Below are positions 9,501 to 21,759 of a DNA stretch of 64,000 nucleotides, in pieces. A model generated the notes under the pieces. That model did not search any database. It saw nothing but the letters and a program-made list of their open reading frames with translations, and was not told where the DNA came from. Every line of letters begins with the position of its first letter. The first letter of the stretch is position 1. A program made the position numbers and the translations under genes. This DNA comes from Obrimoposthia wandeli (lineage: Eukaryota), in NCBI GenBank assembly GCA_977020255.1, contig CDROCS010003087.1, positions 124,001-188,000 of the forward strand. Direction: 5' to 3'.

Positions 9501-11052
9501 CCTAATAGAGAAATCCCTCCCGGCTCAAAAGCTTCAAAGCTGATGATGACCCATGAGGATAAAAATAATTACTTCATACACTCACAACTACTACAATTTT
9601 ACTTGTTTCTGGGTGCAGAAATTAAACAAGTGCATATAGCAATAAAGTTTCATCAAGCTCCTATATTTAAAACATATATTGATATCAATAGCCGGAAACT
9701 GGCAGAGGGTACTACTACATTTGATAAAGAGTTTTATAAACTCAAAAATAACTCAAAATATGGTAAAACAGTGGAAAATCTTAAAACGTAAAGCAAGAAT
9801 GATCGTCAGTTTACTAAACTTGTTTCAAGCCCTTGATTTTAAGAAGCATACCCAAATAACCGACAATCTCAATCTTTTTATTTATAAAAGAAAGAAATTT
9901 GTCTGGATCGACCATCATATATTGGTCAAGCTGTGTTGGACTTATCTAAAACCCGCTGCATGTCAAATCACAGTATAGTTATTCTATCGGTAATGTAAGC
10001 AATATCATTGTGATATCAAATATGGAAGTTGCAATGGATACAGACTTTTTTTCTTAGAGTGCTATTAAGTAGATAAAAGATGTCTCTAAAAACAAATGAT
10101 TAAAGATCAGATGTTAGATACTAGTAATTACCTGCCCTGATGAGTTATTTACCATTCCCATCGAAATGTGATTGGCAAGTTTTGAAGACAGAAAGCAAGT
10201 GGGATAGTGCTTATGATGAATGGATATTTCTGAAAACCTGCTACTCATTGAAAACGATATGAGGGCTAAATCTCCTTAAAAACAAACCGAAATCAGACAT
10301 GAGCATTACATAAAGTGTTATGGCGTTGATGATGAAATTATAACTGCCGGTCAGACACGTATTTTATCTCGTAATCATCAATTATTTACAATGTATAATG
10401 ATAAAATTAGTGTTAAGGTGTTATGACGATAAAAGGTTTTGGATTGAGAAAACAAACTGTCGCATATGGACACTATAGTCTAAGATAGGTGTATATAAAA
10501 TCTGGGGGTAATCTCTGTTATTGACTAGTTCCTTCTTATTTTTAATGCGACAGTAGTGTATCATTTTAAACATAGTATGTATATATTTTTAATGCTATAG
10601 TATGTATATATTTTTATTGATGTTTATTTTTACCGCATTGTATGTATCATAAATTCATGTCTTGACTTCCTGCTACTAGCTATTCATTGATACTTCATTT
10701 GATAATTTCAACAAATTATCTATAAATATATACACACATTTCAACCAATTTCTGCTTATGCTTCAAATGACTACTTCTAAAAAGAAAAAATTGCAAGCTT
10801 CCTCTTATGATAACTCCTTGAGTCTACCTGATGGCTCAGTATACTGAAAAGTACTTTAACTTTATTTGTTGCAATGAACTTTTTGTCTCAAGGATTGAAG
10901 AACTTTATATGTATCACCTGTTTAATGGAGACTTTAAACCTAAAGTTGCAACAATCATTAAAATAGAAGAAGAAGAAAGCATGGATTGTGACAATGAATA
11001 TAACTTTTTACTAGACTCCTACTATAAACAATAACGTTTCTTAAGATAAAAA

Positions 11053-11107
11053 CTGCGATAGCTGTCCGGTTATGCGAGGCAGTCTAACTCCTGGAATGAG
11101 GTCGCAG
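11053..11107 (+). repeat. 55-nt GC-rich motif, copy B, just 3' of a small degenerate ORF (10831..11034)
   Basis: 48/55 identity to 5685..5739. Confidence 0.7.
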
Positions 11108-11363
11108 TACTAAGTAAATTAAATAGTTGCAAATAAAAACATGGGATTTGTCAATTGTAAGCTTAATTTCAAAATTTTATTTTTAGAATTTTAATTTGTA
11201 AATTTTTAAATTAATATTTAATTTCAATATTTAATATTTAATTTCCATATTTAATTTTTGAATTTCCATATTTAATTTTTGAATTTTGAATTAAAATTTT
11301 GAATTTTTGAATTAAATTTTGAATTTTTGAATTTTTGAACTATATGCTTAATGTTTACAGAAT

Positions 11364-13014
11364 TGTTAGGATTAGGTTTTAAATTTAATTAAAATAATTA
11401 AACTTTTTATATTAAAAAAATAAAAAATCCTGAAAGCAAAGGTTATGTAATTAGATAAATTAATTATAAGAATTAATTCATAAAATAAAAGTAGTGGGAA
11501 AATAAGTTACACTTCACGAAGGTCATGTGTACATGGTTATATATTTAAATTATTAAAAGGCCCAAAATTATAATTTACTAAAGAAGCCCAAGAAACAGGA
11601 ATATTATGAAGGTGCTGAAATTCACCAAGTGACTAATCAGTTGTGTCAAATAAGAAGAATTTATAAGTGACTCATCTAGCAGTGCTTAAGCCAAGTCGTT
11701 ATTTTAGCGGAACGCTTGATCCTAGAACCGGGGTAAGCACTTATATTATGTAAGTAAACAACATTGTTTACAGAGCCAACAAGCTGAATGACACTTGTGG
11801 ACAGAGCCGAATCGAATTCGCCGGATCCAAACCATAGTAAGTACACTTATATTAAGTGTAAGTAAAAAATATTGTTTACAGAGCCAACAAGCTTGGCCAA
11901 ATTTTGCAAACAGAGCCGAAAACCTGAGCGCGTCACATTACATTATTGACAAAGCTCAGCCTATTGGAAGAAGGTGAGCTATAAGTAAACCCAAGTAATT
12001 ACTGATTTGTTGCAAAGTTATTATTGTGCCGAAAGTTTGGAATCAGAAAGACCATGATCAAATCCGAGCGACGTTTAATTGTGGAAGAAAAGTCTCGGCG
12101 ATAGATTCCGGAGCACCCAAATCGAGAGAAGCAAACAAAGCGGAAACGAAGAAGCAAAGGCAGCACAACTTAAAAACGAGGAGAGACCGTCAGAATCACC
12201 ACCCAGAACGATAACCGTACAATGCGATCATCACAGCACGTCAAGAGTACTCCAGCAGAGGATTCTGATCGATGGTCTGAGGAGAGGCCAATCAAGACCG
12301 GACGCCAGATTATACGGAGGAGGTAAGGAACAAGCGCGGAAATAAAGTAGATTGATTTTAGAAGTAATTTTGAAGCCGATTGATTTTAGAAGTAATTTTG
12401 AAAACCAATTGATTAAATAGTAATTTTAAGAGTAATTTTGGAAACCGATTGATTAAATAGTAATTTTGAAGCCGAATGATTTTAAGAGTAATTTTGGAAA
12501 GCCGATTGATTAAATAGTAATTTTGAAAGCCGATTGATTAAATAGTGATTTTGATTGATTTGAAGCCTCTATAAATTAGAGCAAGTTTGTAATCGTTAAA
12601 TTACTAGAAAGACTCTATAAATTAGAGCAAGTTTTGATTTTGTGCAGTTACCAATATACTAGAAAGACTTTATAAACCTTCAACCCTAAAATTAAAATCG
12701 ATACGTGGATCATCCCTACTTGTGTAGAGACTTACAGGAATTTTATTGTAATTTTTAGAACGTACTTAGACGTGTCAATTTGTGTTAAATTAGTGTGCTT
12801 AATAAAAAAAGATTTCCTACAACTAGAAAGCGTTGTTATAAACCCTTCAGATTAAGACAAAACAACAAACCTTCAGATAAGAATTGAGACAGGCAAGCAT
12901 AACATTAAGTAGGCCACAACCATCTTTAAGTCCTGCTTCTATAGAACTCACGTTGGGGCCCTCCACAATCAGAGGATCTATATTAGAACACAGTTTCATA
13001 TAGAAACCCCAACA
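11364..13014 (+). mobile_element. Solo LTR (about 1.65 kb) of a Ty3/Gypsy family inserted in the Polinton
   Basis: Ends TGTT...AACA; 4-bp target-site duplication GAAT on both sides; 3' part homologous to the LTR at 44347..46743; internal tandem repeats at about 12345-12560. Confidence 0.85.
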
Positions 13015-13071
13015 GAATATTAACCTACATAATCGTAAATGACACATAAGACCAATCAGTTTCTCAGGGAC

Positions 13072-13224
13072 GTAAAGTGCTTTTAAAACAGCACACAGCT
13101 CCCGAGTAGGCACAAGGAAACGTTACATCTGTATGACTAAGCGAATTCCAGATGTGCTTTGTTCCTTGTGCCTTGTTCGGGGTGGGGGGCTTTGTGTGCT
13201 ATTGTTTTAGAACCGACACTTTAC
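13072..13224. repeat. Long imperfect inverted repeat (about 150-nt hairpin)
   Basis: Nested pairings GTAAAGTG/CACTTTAC, AGCACACA/TGTGTGCT, AGGCACAAGGAA/TTCCTTGTGCCT and ACATCTG/CAGATGT. Confidence 0.8.
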
Positions 13225-13639
13225 ACTTCTCCTGCATAATTACCCAAATTTGTAGCAAATCCCGTTGTTTATAACGAAAAACTGTTAATCAAAAATTTAT
13301 TAAAATAACGAGGTAGTCAGGATTCAGTCTTTCACGTTAAGATTGGTATATATTGTCAATTCTCCTATGAATATTAAAATTAATTATATTAAATGTAAAC
13401 ATACCTAAATATTTCGAAATTAAATTACATATTTTATATCCAATGGTATCCGTACTATCATTTTCTGAAAAGTAATTATTTTTATAATCTTCCATTAAAT
13501 CTGGAGATAATTTTATGTATAATTTATTCCAATTTTTATTATCCATTTTTATTATCCACAAAAAAACTTTATATTTAAATTTGTTTATATTTAGACAATT
13601 TTATAACATAATGAATAAAGACAAAGTAATCAATAAAAT

Positions 13640-13949
13640 TAATTTTTTTGTGGAAGGACCCTCTTCCGGTTTAATCTGGAGGGATTCGCTTTCTTGCTGC
13701 TCGTCGAACATCCTCCGTCTCTTCTCTTCGTTTTTCCTCCTCCTTCATTTTTTCCATTTCGATTTTCTTTTTCCACTCCACGACCCGATGTCGCTGCTAG
13801 CCGCCTGTCCTGAATCTCCACTCTGAGTCGCGACAGCAGTATAAGCTTCTGGGTTGAGGATCCTCTTTCGTAAGTCTCCTTTCTTCTCATTTATTCTTAT
13901 GTTTGGCTCGATCTTCGTCACTCAAACTTTGCAATTTAATAAATTCCAT
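13640..13949 (-). pseudogene. Degenerate charged accessory gene near the Polinton end
   Basis: MEFIKLQSLSDEDRAKHKNK*EERRL..., Glu/Lys/Arg-rich, with in-frame stops. Confidence 0.45.
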
Positions 13950-14244
13950 TTTTAATTATGAAGATGTTAATAAATTTGAACCTATATATATAATTTAAGA
14001 TATTTTAATCCAATCACAAGCAATTAAAATATATTTATCAAAATGAAAGTTTAATAAATATATAACTAATCATTGCATTTATATTTAATCCTAAAAAATT
14101 AAATTATTCCTTAATAATCCAATCACATTCGAATAAGTTAACTTTATTTTTTAATCTTGTTATTTTTAATAAACTTAAGGAGGATATTTTAATATTATTT
14201 AAATTCTAAAATAAATAATAAAAAAAAGACAACACAAGAAAGTT

Positions 14245-14673
14245 CTAATTTTTGTAAATTACATTTTTAAACATTTTTACGAAGTCATCATTGAGATCAT
14301 CCGGGTCCGTATTCCTCCGACTAAGTATAATTGGAGAAAGCGGTACTGGTTCCTTCTTCTTTGGCCGGCCCGGTTTCTTTTTCGGCTTCACCGGTTGCTG
14401 TACAGCAATTGTCCTTCCCTCAGGTTTTGGCAATAGTTGCCGCAACTTTTTGGGAGGAGGTGCAGCCGATGTTGATGGCCCCGACATAGAAGCAGTAGCC
14501 TTCCTCTTCCGCGGAGCTTTCTTCTGTTTCTCCTCCTTCTCACGCTGAAGCTGGCGTGAGACGGCATCCTGTTGCCCACGCGAATCTGGAAGCATTGCCG
14601 GTATATGTATTACTCGTTGATCCACCGCGGGCCCAGAGGGCACGCTTTGTCCAATTTTACGGCCTATAATCAA
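14245..14673 (-). CDS. Basic Pro-rich Polinton terminal protein with an AT-hook-like KKKPGRPKKK motif
   Basis: ORF adjacent to the terminus; homolog at about 30820-31050 in the same position relative to another terminus. Confidence 0.6.
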   Translation of the reverse strand: MIIGRKIGQSVPSGPAVDQRVIHIPAMLPDSRGQQDAVSRQLQREKEEKQKKAPRKRKATASMSGPSTSAAPPPKKLRQLLPKPEGRTIAVQQPVKPKKKPGRPKKKEPVPLSPIILSRRNTDPDDLNDDFVKMFKNVIYKN

Positions 14674-14789
14674 AATTTTGGGAGCATTATGAGATTTTTA
14701 AATTTAAAGGGTGTTATATGGAGTTAATTTTTTTTTTGAGTGTTTGGGAGGGGGGCTAGAAAATTTTTCTACACACCTGCACGAAATTT

Positions 14790-14875
14790 CACTCCACACA
14801 CATGCACGATTTTAAAGGACAGTAGGGGGGAGGGGGTGTAGATTAGACCGGACACATCCACCTACTACACTTACT
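14790..14875 (-). mobile_element. Polinton terminus (element lies to the left); reads AGTAAGTGTAGTAGG inward
   Basis: AGT-starting end typical of Polintons; homologous sequence at about 24740-24811, 27100-27141, 30461-30550 and 39855-39886. Confidence 0.8.
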
Positions 14876-16060
14876 TCATCCTAAAATTGCACGTTTGCTT
14901 TAAGTTACTTAAATTTCAGTATCAAAAACACCGAAAATTATAATGTTTAATGGATATTCTAATCCTGTGAGAAACTTTACGTCAAATCTCAGATTACATT
15001 GTCTCGGTAATTTTGTGTATTTACATCAAAGTCAGGGGCCAATGCGAATGTGAAAAATGGACAACGTTCCTATAAATCTTCAGATGTTATACCTATGTTT
15101 ATATTCTTATCCAATAATCCCATGTTTCTAACCAGTGATTGTATATACGCAAATATGTACTCATATTTTTAAAGATTGTAGTGTATGTTTCAACAAAATC
15201 AGTGTTTCTACTAATGGATTGAGCCGACATTATAATGATCAAATTATGAAGAGTCTGTTGCAGTTGACCTATACATTTTAGGATTATGTTGAAATGTAAC
15301 AAAAGTAAATTTAGGTAATTGTTCATCATCAAAAATAGGTGAATTATTAAATGTTGTAGCGCCTTTAGATAGTGAATAATGTACATTTTCCCCCGTCTAT
15401 AGGGATAAACCAAATTTTGAGTTTCCAAACCAACATTATGAGCCATCAATACTTATGGTTCAACTCTCAAACGTCTAACTTTCATTTTAGTATCTAAAAA
15501 CTTTATTCTACAATGATTTGCACCTGTTTTTAAAGACAACTTTGAATTGGAAATAATCAATTTTTTACCGACATTCATACAGGGATTCGTGTTAAACGAA
15601 GATTTACATTTACACTGGGAATTAATTATTTAATGTAAGATATTTAAGAGTCATCAAATTATTCGTGTTATGAATTCTGTGAAGCTATCAATAGTCAAAC
15701 ATGAATATTTAATTGAAATTTTAACAAAATCTGATTTTGATTAATTCAAAAGTATTTAAGAATTCTACATACCTGATTTGTATATGAAGGAAATTATTTT
15801 AAGATTGAAGCTGATCTTAGTCTTATTTTTAGAGATCATCTTAGTAATTTGATTGACGCACATTTAGAAGAAATATGTAAGATTTCAATAAGAATTCATA
15901 GAACTATGTTGCTGGCGATGAAACAGTACAACCTCTGGACTTTACATGAAGCTAATATGACATTTTAAATTTAATATTTGTGTTGATTTAATAAATGTAA
16001 TTAAAGTTCGAGTCAGGGTCACAGATGGTGGTTGGTAGAGATTGAGGATATATTTTTGAT
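14876..16060 (-). pseudogene. Polinton major capsid protein pseudogene
   Basis: VLMAHNVGLETQNLVYPYRR..QLPKFTFV..FDHYNV..IIIFGVFDTEI, with many stops and shifts. The stop TGA abuts the terminus at 14875. Confidence 0.75.
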
Positions 16061-16922
16061 ATTTATAGCTTGTTACAATTGACTTTCAATATTTTTATTT
16101 CGTTTATTGATTAAATTTTCAAGTACAAAGTACCAGTATTTTTAAAATTTTAAGTTTTAATATATTTTAAGTGATTTCTTGTTTTTAAATTTTAAAATAT
16201 TTATATTTCATACATATATATATATTTAATGAACATTAATTACTCACAAAGTGAAACAAATATATTTTCAAATTTTAGGAGAATAATAAACAAGCGTGTG
16301 TTTTTTTAAAGATCCAGATACTGATGAAGGTGGAGAGAGTATTCTATTTAACAGAAAGTATTGAAGAATACAATATTGTTTGCCCTAATTACCAATTATA
16401 GTGAGAAAAAGAAGATTTAGGGAATAGGTTTTAAAGGTTATATTAACAGCTAATCGGCGTAAATAACCAAAATTGAAAGTGACATTAAAAAATGTATTTT
16501 ATTTTACATTGCAGATAGTGCCAGATATGAAATTAGATTTGTGAGTACATGACGATGCCTAAAAAAAATATATATATATATATGATTGAAATGTAAAACG
16601 GTTACAAGAGAATGACAAATCAGAACAATATCTAGCTAAAATCCTACACAAAGTTTCGAAATAAAGGCAACACGAATATTGAACAAGCTGAACCTCATAC
16701 AGTGTACTATCAACAAGTCCTGTAAACCACAGGCTGTCACATATGATGTTAATTTCCTTTTGATAGCTTAAGCAGTTAGTTAATGTTTACTTAAAAATAT
16801 AACGACAGTCTTGTCAAAATTAAATAAAAAACTTTGACTGAACAGGATTCAGCCAATTTGACTAACTCAATAGTAAATATCAATCGTGTACTTTTCTTAT
16901 CCAAAATGTAATCAATTCACCA

Positions 16923-17849
16923 ATGAATGAATCTCAGACAAATACGTCGTGCAACATCACTAATCAATATTATAAATGGCTACTGAACATATGTATTCCA
17001 TCGATCCGGCTAACGGTAGCCTCATTGGGGATTTGCAGTTGTATTTTGTCACTGTTCCTGCTGGTTATTCTTCGAACGCCGCGAATGCATATATTCACTT
17101 TGTCACATCTTGTTACAGAATCGCTGGCAGATCTTTTCTATTGTTCCTTTGGAATTTTGTTTTCTATCAACAGACTATGTCAGATGAATCTACTAACAGA
17201 GTTACATAATTGCATCATGGACTCATATACACTGAATAGCTTACAGATGATCCGTAATTGGGCCATATTCGTAATGGCTGCCGAAAGATTCTTCATTGTT
17301 CGATTTCCAACTGCTTCGAGGATAAAGACCCTGAAACTAAAACAGGCTTTCTGGTCGCTGTCAATAATTATCATTTCCGGCTTTAGTGTAAATGTCTATT
17401 TTATAACGAGATTCAATGTTTGCTACAAAAATATCAGTAATCTAGCTTATCGGAATTTCTTTATAATGGATCTCATTATAGGTCTTCTAGTCATTCCTGT
17501 ACCGTTGCTGGCAATGTTTGGCTTCACTGTAGGTACAGTAATTGTTGTAAAGAAAATCCAACGCAAGGCATACTTAAACAAGACTAGTGGATCAAATAAC
17601 ATCAACTTCACGAGGCTGACAATGGTGCTCATAATTTCTTTCTTCTATTTTCTTGTTTCTGTGCCATTCATTTTCGGTTACCCCATAAATGCTGTGCAAT
17701 TGCTCAGTGAAGACGAAATCCATATTTTTAATAATGCAATTACAATATTTTACAATTCTTCCGGTATAGGAAAAGGATTTCTATATGTTTATTTTACTTG
17801 GAAATACAATAGAAATAAAATAACTACAAAAAATGACGCTCTATGCTAA
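16923..17849 (+). CDS. Intronless class A (rhodopsin-like) 7TM GPCR, peptide/chemoreceptor-like orphan
   Basis: 308 aa, about seven hydrophobic segments, N-glycosylation sites in the N-terminus, TM2 SLADL, and TM3 AERF..VRFP. Confidence 0.85.
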   Translation: MNESQTNTSCNITNQYYKWLLNICIPSIRLTVASLGICSCILSLFLLVILRTPRMHIFTLSHLVTESLADLFYCSFGILFSINRLCQMNLLTELHNCIMDSYTLNSLQMIRNWAIFVMAAERFFIVRFPTASRIKTLKLKQAFWSLSIIIISGFSVNVYFITRFNVCYKNISNLAYRNFFIMDLIIGLLVIPVPLLAMFGFTVGTVIVVKKIQRKAYLNKTSGSNNINFTRLTMVLIISFFYFLVSVPFIFGYPINAVQLLSEDEIHIFNNAITIFYNSSGIGKGFLYVYFTWKYNRNKITTKNDALC

Positions 17850-17900
17850 AACTCGATAATCTATAATAAATATTCTATACTTTCCTGTTATCAATGTTTT

Positions 17901-19051
17901 AATTAACAATGCTACTGTATTTATTTTCGTTCATCTTGTGAATTGATTAGTTATGTATGTATTTTATGACTATTATTTATTTAGATAAATAATTTAGAAT
18001 TCGACATAATTTTTATATTTATGTAATTAAATGAATCAATAAAATTAACTACAAAAAGAATATTTTTCGGTAAATTATAACTAAATAGACAATTTACATC
18101 TATATTATAAATTGTTTCATGTAAAATATAACGCAAATTATTGAAATTTTAACATAATGTACACTTAAATTAAATAAAAATAATCTAAATTGAATTCAGA
18201 AAATATTTGTGACTACTATTGCCACTGTAAAATATAAATATCAATTCCTTCAAAAACTGTGTAATAATGTAATAGTTTAACACAATTTATTGTATTATAT
18301 ATTTGTGAGATTAAATGAATTTTCCATATATTCTAAAAAATAGCCCAAGGTGTTTAGTAAGTTATTAGATTATTTGCAAGGTGCTTTGAATTCTTATTAG
18401 AGCTAGGAGGTATTTAATGGAAATACTTTTATGAGGATATTTGTTTATTTCTCATTTTTATATCACAAATGAGGTTTATATTAGAGAAATAAAAGTTAAA
18501 TTAAGTATTTAACCATTTATAGCTCAATCTAGCTTCGAATCAGCAATATACAGTATTATACAATAATTAACAATGCTACTGTATTTATTATCGTTCATCT
18601 TGTGAATTGATTAGTTATGTATGTATTTTTATAACTATTATTTATTTAGATAAATAATTTAGAATTCGACATAATTTCTATATTTGTGTAATTAAATGAA
18701 TCAATAAAATTAACTACAAAAAGAATATTTTTCGGTAAATTATAACTAAATAGACAATTTACATCTATATTATAAAATTGTTTCATGTAAAATATAAAGC
18801 AAATTATTGAAATTTAAACATAGCGTACATTTAAATTAAATAAAAATAATCTAAATTGAATTCAGAAAATATTTGTGACTACTATTGCCACTATAAAATA
18901 TAAATATCAATTCCTTCAAAAACTGTGTAATAATGTAATAGTTTAACACAATTTTTTGTATTATATATTTGTGAGATTAAATGCATTTACCATATATTCT
19001 AAAAAATAGCCCAAGGTGTTTAGTAAGTTATTAGATTATTTGCAAGGTGCT
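17901..19051 (+). repeat. Direct repeat of about 485 nt (17901..18385 and 18565..19051)
   Basis: Two near-identical AT-rich blocks separated by about 180 nt. Confidence 0.9.
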
Positions 19052-19089
19052 GATATGAATGGAGACACTGCATTGATATTTGGAATAAA

Positions 19090-21050
19090 CACAAGTCTAA
19101 AAAGAAACATGAATTAACTTGGTCTCATGATATAGAAGAAGCATTTAGTCATATAAAAAGACTTCTAACAACTGCACCCATTCTAGTTATACCTAATAAC
19201 AAAGATACATTTATTTTTGACACGGATGCTTGTGATGACACGATTGGAGCAGTGCTGTCACAATTTCAAGATGGAAATGAAAATTTTATTGCATACGCGT
19301 CTCATAAATTAACAAAAGCTGAACAGCATTACTGTGTAACAAGAAAATAATTGTTGAGTGTTTATAAATATACAAAAATGTTTCGGAATTATCTGTTTGG
19401 AAGACGATTTATTATTAGAACTGACCATAAATATCTTTAATGGATGATAAATGGAAATACACCGAGTACAAGTCAATTTCATGCATGGCTAAACGAATTA
19501 AGCGCTTTTGGTATGAATATTAAATATAGAAAAGGAGAGGACTATCTCAATGCAGACTCATTATCAAGAATCCCGGAAGAATGTCAACAATGCTCCATGA
19601 AACATGCAAACCCAAAAAAGAAACGAAACGTTAAAGTATATAATGAAAATGAAAAGAGAATCGGAGTCTATTGTCGAAATATAGTAGCAGAAAATGAAAA
19701 TAGCAAGCAAGAAAATGACAAAAACATCTCATTAATACTAAAATTAATGAAAGAAAATAAGGCAAATAATCCATATTCAAAATAATTACAAAATGGAAAT
19801 AAAGAAGCAAAAACTATATGGAGAAATCGTGAAAATTTAAGAATCAGAGGTGACTTACTACACATCATAAAAGAAGATGAGTACAAATTAATTCTACCTG
19901 AATCTAGACGATTAGAAGTAATAATACAAGCCCATATGATGTATTGGCATACAGACATATCAAAAACAAAAGAGGTCATAGCTCAAAATTATTACTGGCC
20001 GAACATGAATTTTGAAATTAAACTGGCTGTGACAAATTGCAAAGAATGTTTAAGGCGTAAAGTAGGTAGAACTCATATCAATCGAGAAAAAGGGTCATTG
20101 TGTACTGGATACCCATTTGAAACAATATCGATAGATATTACAGGACCATTCCAGGAATCAAGCAAAGGTAATATATAAATTTTAGGTATCATTGACAATT
20201 TCTCTAAATATCCTATGATGATTGCGATGAAAAATGCAACTGCAAAAACCGTGTGCAAATATCTCTTCGAAAGATGGATGAATTGTTTCGGTATCCCTGA
20301 TAAAATACACTCGGATCGAGGGAAATCATTTGAAAATGAATTAATATATGAATTGTGTCACATGTTTGAAATTAGAAAATCACTTAGCGCACCCTACTAT
20401 CCACAAGGTGATGGAATAATCGAAAGTATATTTGGTACAACTAAGGACATGATATTTGCTACGTCACAATCTAAAAGATGTGATTGGGAAGAAGCTATAC
20501 TAACAGTCGAATTGGGTTTGAGAATGACAGTTAACAGAGTTACGGATTTTTCTCCATTTGAAATAATATTTGAATGCAAAATGAAATCTGTATTCCAAAC
20601 AAAAAATGAGCAACTAAGGAAAATAAAAAACACTAATGAGTATATAAACGAACTTAGGAAGAGATTAAGTGAAATTCATAAAATGATTCGAGAAGAGACA
20701 AAGTTATTTGTACCAAAAAAATGAAATGTGCAAACGAATTAAAGAAAGGAGAAATGGTAATGATAACAATACTGCCTGGTATTAAAGGAATTGATCAACC
20801 CAGATATGAAGGGCCATATAAAGTATTATAAATGTTAGGGAAACACTTTTATCAGTTAGAAATAATTTGAGATACAAAAGTAGTGGAGAGAAATATGGTA
20901 CATATTAAAAAAATGAAGGGAGAAAATACACCAGAATCAGAAACACCCACTTCTATAATATTCCAATCCATGGAACTCCCGGATCTGATAACAGAAGATG
21001 AGATGGGACATTCGCAAAAGAAACATCTTAGAAGACAGAGATAGAAACCA
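19090..21050 (+). mobile_element. pol: Ty3/Gypsy pol remnant (RNase H, integrase zinc finger and core)
   Basis: FIFDTDACDDTIGAVLSQ, IAYASHKL, ADSLSR, YYWPNM..C..C, DITGP, IDNFSKY and HSDRG..F, with stops and frameshifts. Confidence 0.9.
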
Positions 21051-21190
21051 ATCTGATTCAGACAATAAAGAAGAAAAGGGTGAAAGTGAGGTAAAATAAT
21101 CCTTGTTTGTATATGTATTGATGTTTTAATATTAATATATTTAGTTGCATAGTTCAAACTCTTGTACTATCTTCTTAATTTTACCACAAC

Positions 21191-21545
21191 TTGTATGATG
21201 AAGCAAATAAAGAGTCGGGTTTTAATAACCTGTTTACTAAAATAGCCAAACATGAATGTAACAGTGATTTTTATCACTCAAAATCTCTTTCTTCAAGGCG
21301 CTCAACACCGTACTCGAAATTGAAATGTTCATTATCTAGTATTATTTAAGAATCCATGAGATCAAACGGTTATTGACTTTGTTGACCGTCAAGCTTTCCC
21401 TTGTAATAAGCAATATTTGATTGACGCATTTCAAAATGCTATGACAAACCCTCGCGGATACTTGTTTTTAGATTTTAAAAAGGAATATCCAGATGATTTA
21501 CGAATGAGAACCGATATTTTCAATAATGATTTTGTGTATAAACAA
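21191..21545 (+). pseudogene. Polinton packaging ATPase C-terminal half (copy 4)
   Basis: Homologous to 36935..37543: NVTVIFITQNLF, NVHYLVLFKNP, GYLFLDF; contains stops. Confidence 0.85.
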
Positions 21546-21759
21546 AAAAAACGCTTATCTACATGTTAATCATGTCATTTTTGAAAGAGACAATGCCCAG
21601 TGGAGTTGGACCTAAATGGAGACCGGGTGATACATTACACGATAATGATAACAAGTCGATGATAAAGAAGAATGCTCATATTAAACATCTTATTAAATCA
21701 GTGCTTCATCAACGTAAGTAGTCGATAAATCATTAAGAAAATCGGCCAAGACAGTAAAG

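Larger units (their letters stand above)
5004..10483 (+). pseudogene. polB: Degenerate Polinton pPolB polyprotein (copy 2): spliced leader, Ubl-LRGG, Cys/His domain, acidic linker, QIGGG, TP-like region, vOTU-like motif, exonuclease, polymerase
   Basis: ORFs 5152..6402 and 6427..7131 are in the same frame, separated by one TAA. Successive frameshifted ORFs give VFVDFES, HDHITG..CN, FHNLMGYD, YIDINNLYG, KLKNNSKYGK and MDTD, ending VAYGHYSL*. Continuity across the N gap is unverified. Confidence 0.85.

Noticed and set aside
12026-12345. Small ORFs as a gag or integrase tail
   Set aside because: They lie inside the solo LTR delimited by TG..CA ends and a GAAT TSD, and all frames are short or stopped.
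18380-19085. Ankyrin-like snippets (FLLELG, ADMNGDTALI)
   Set aside because: Too short, with no coherent exon chain.
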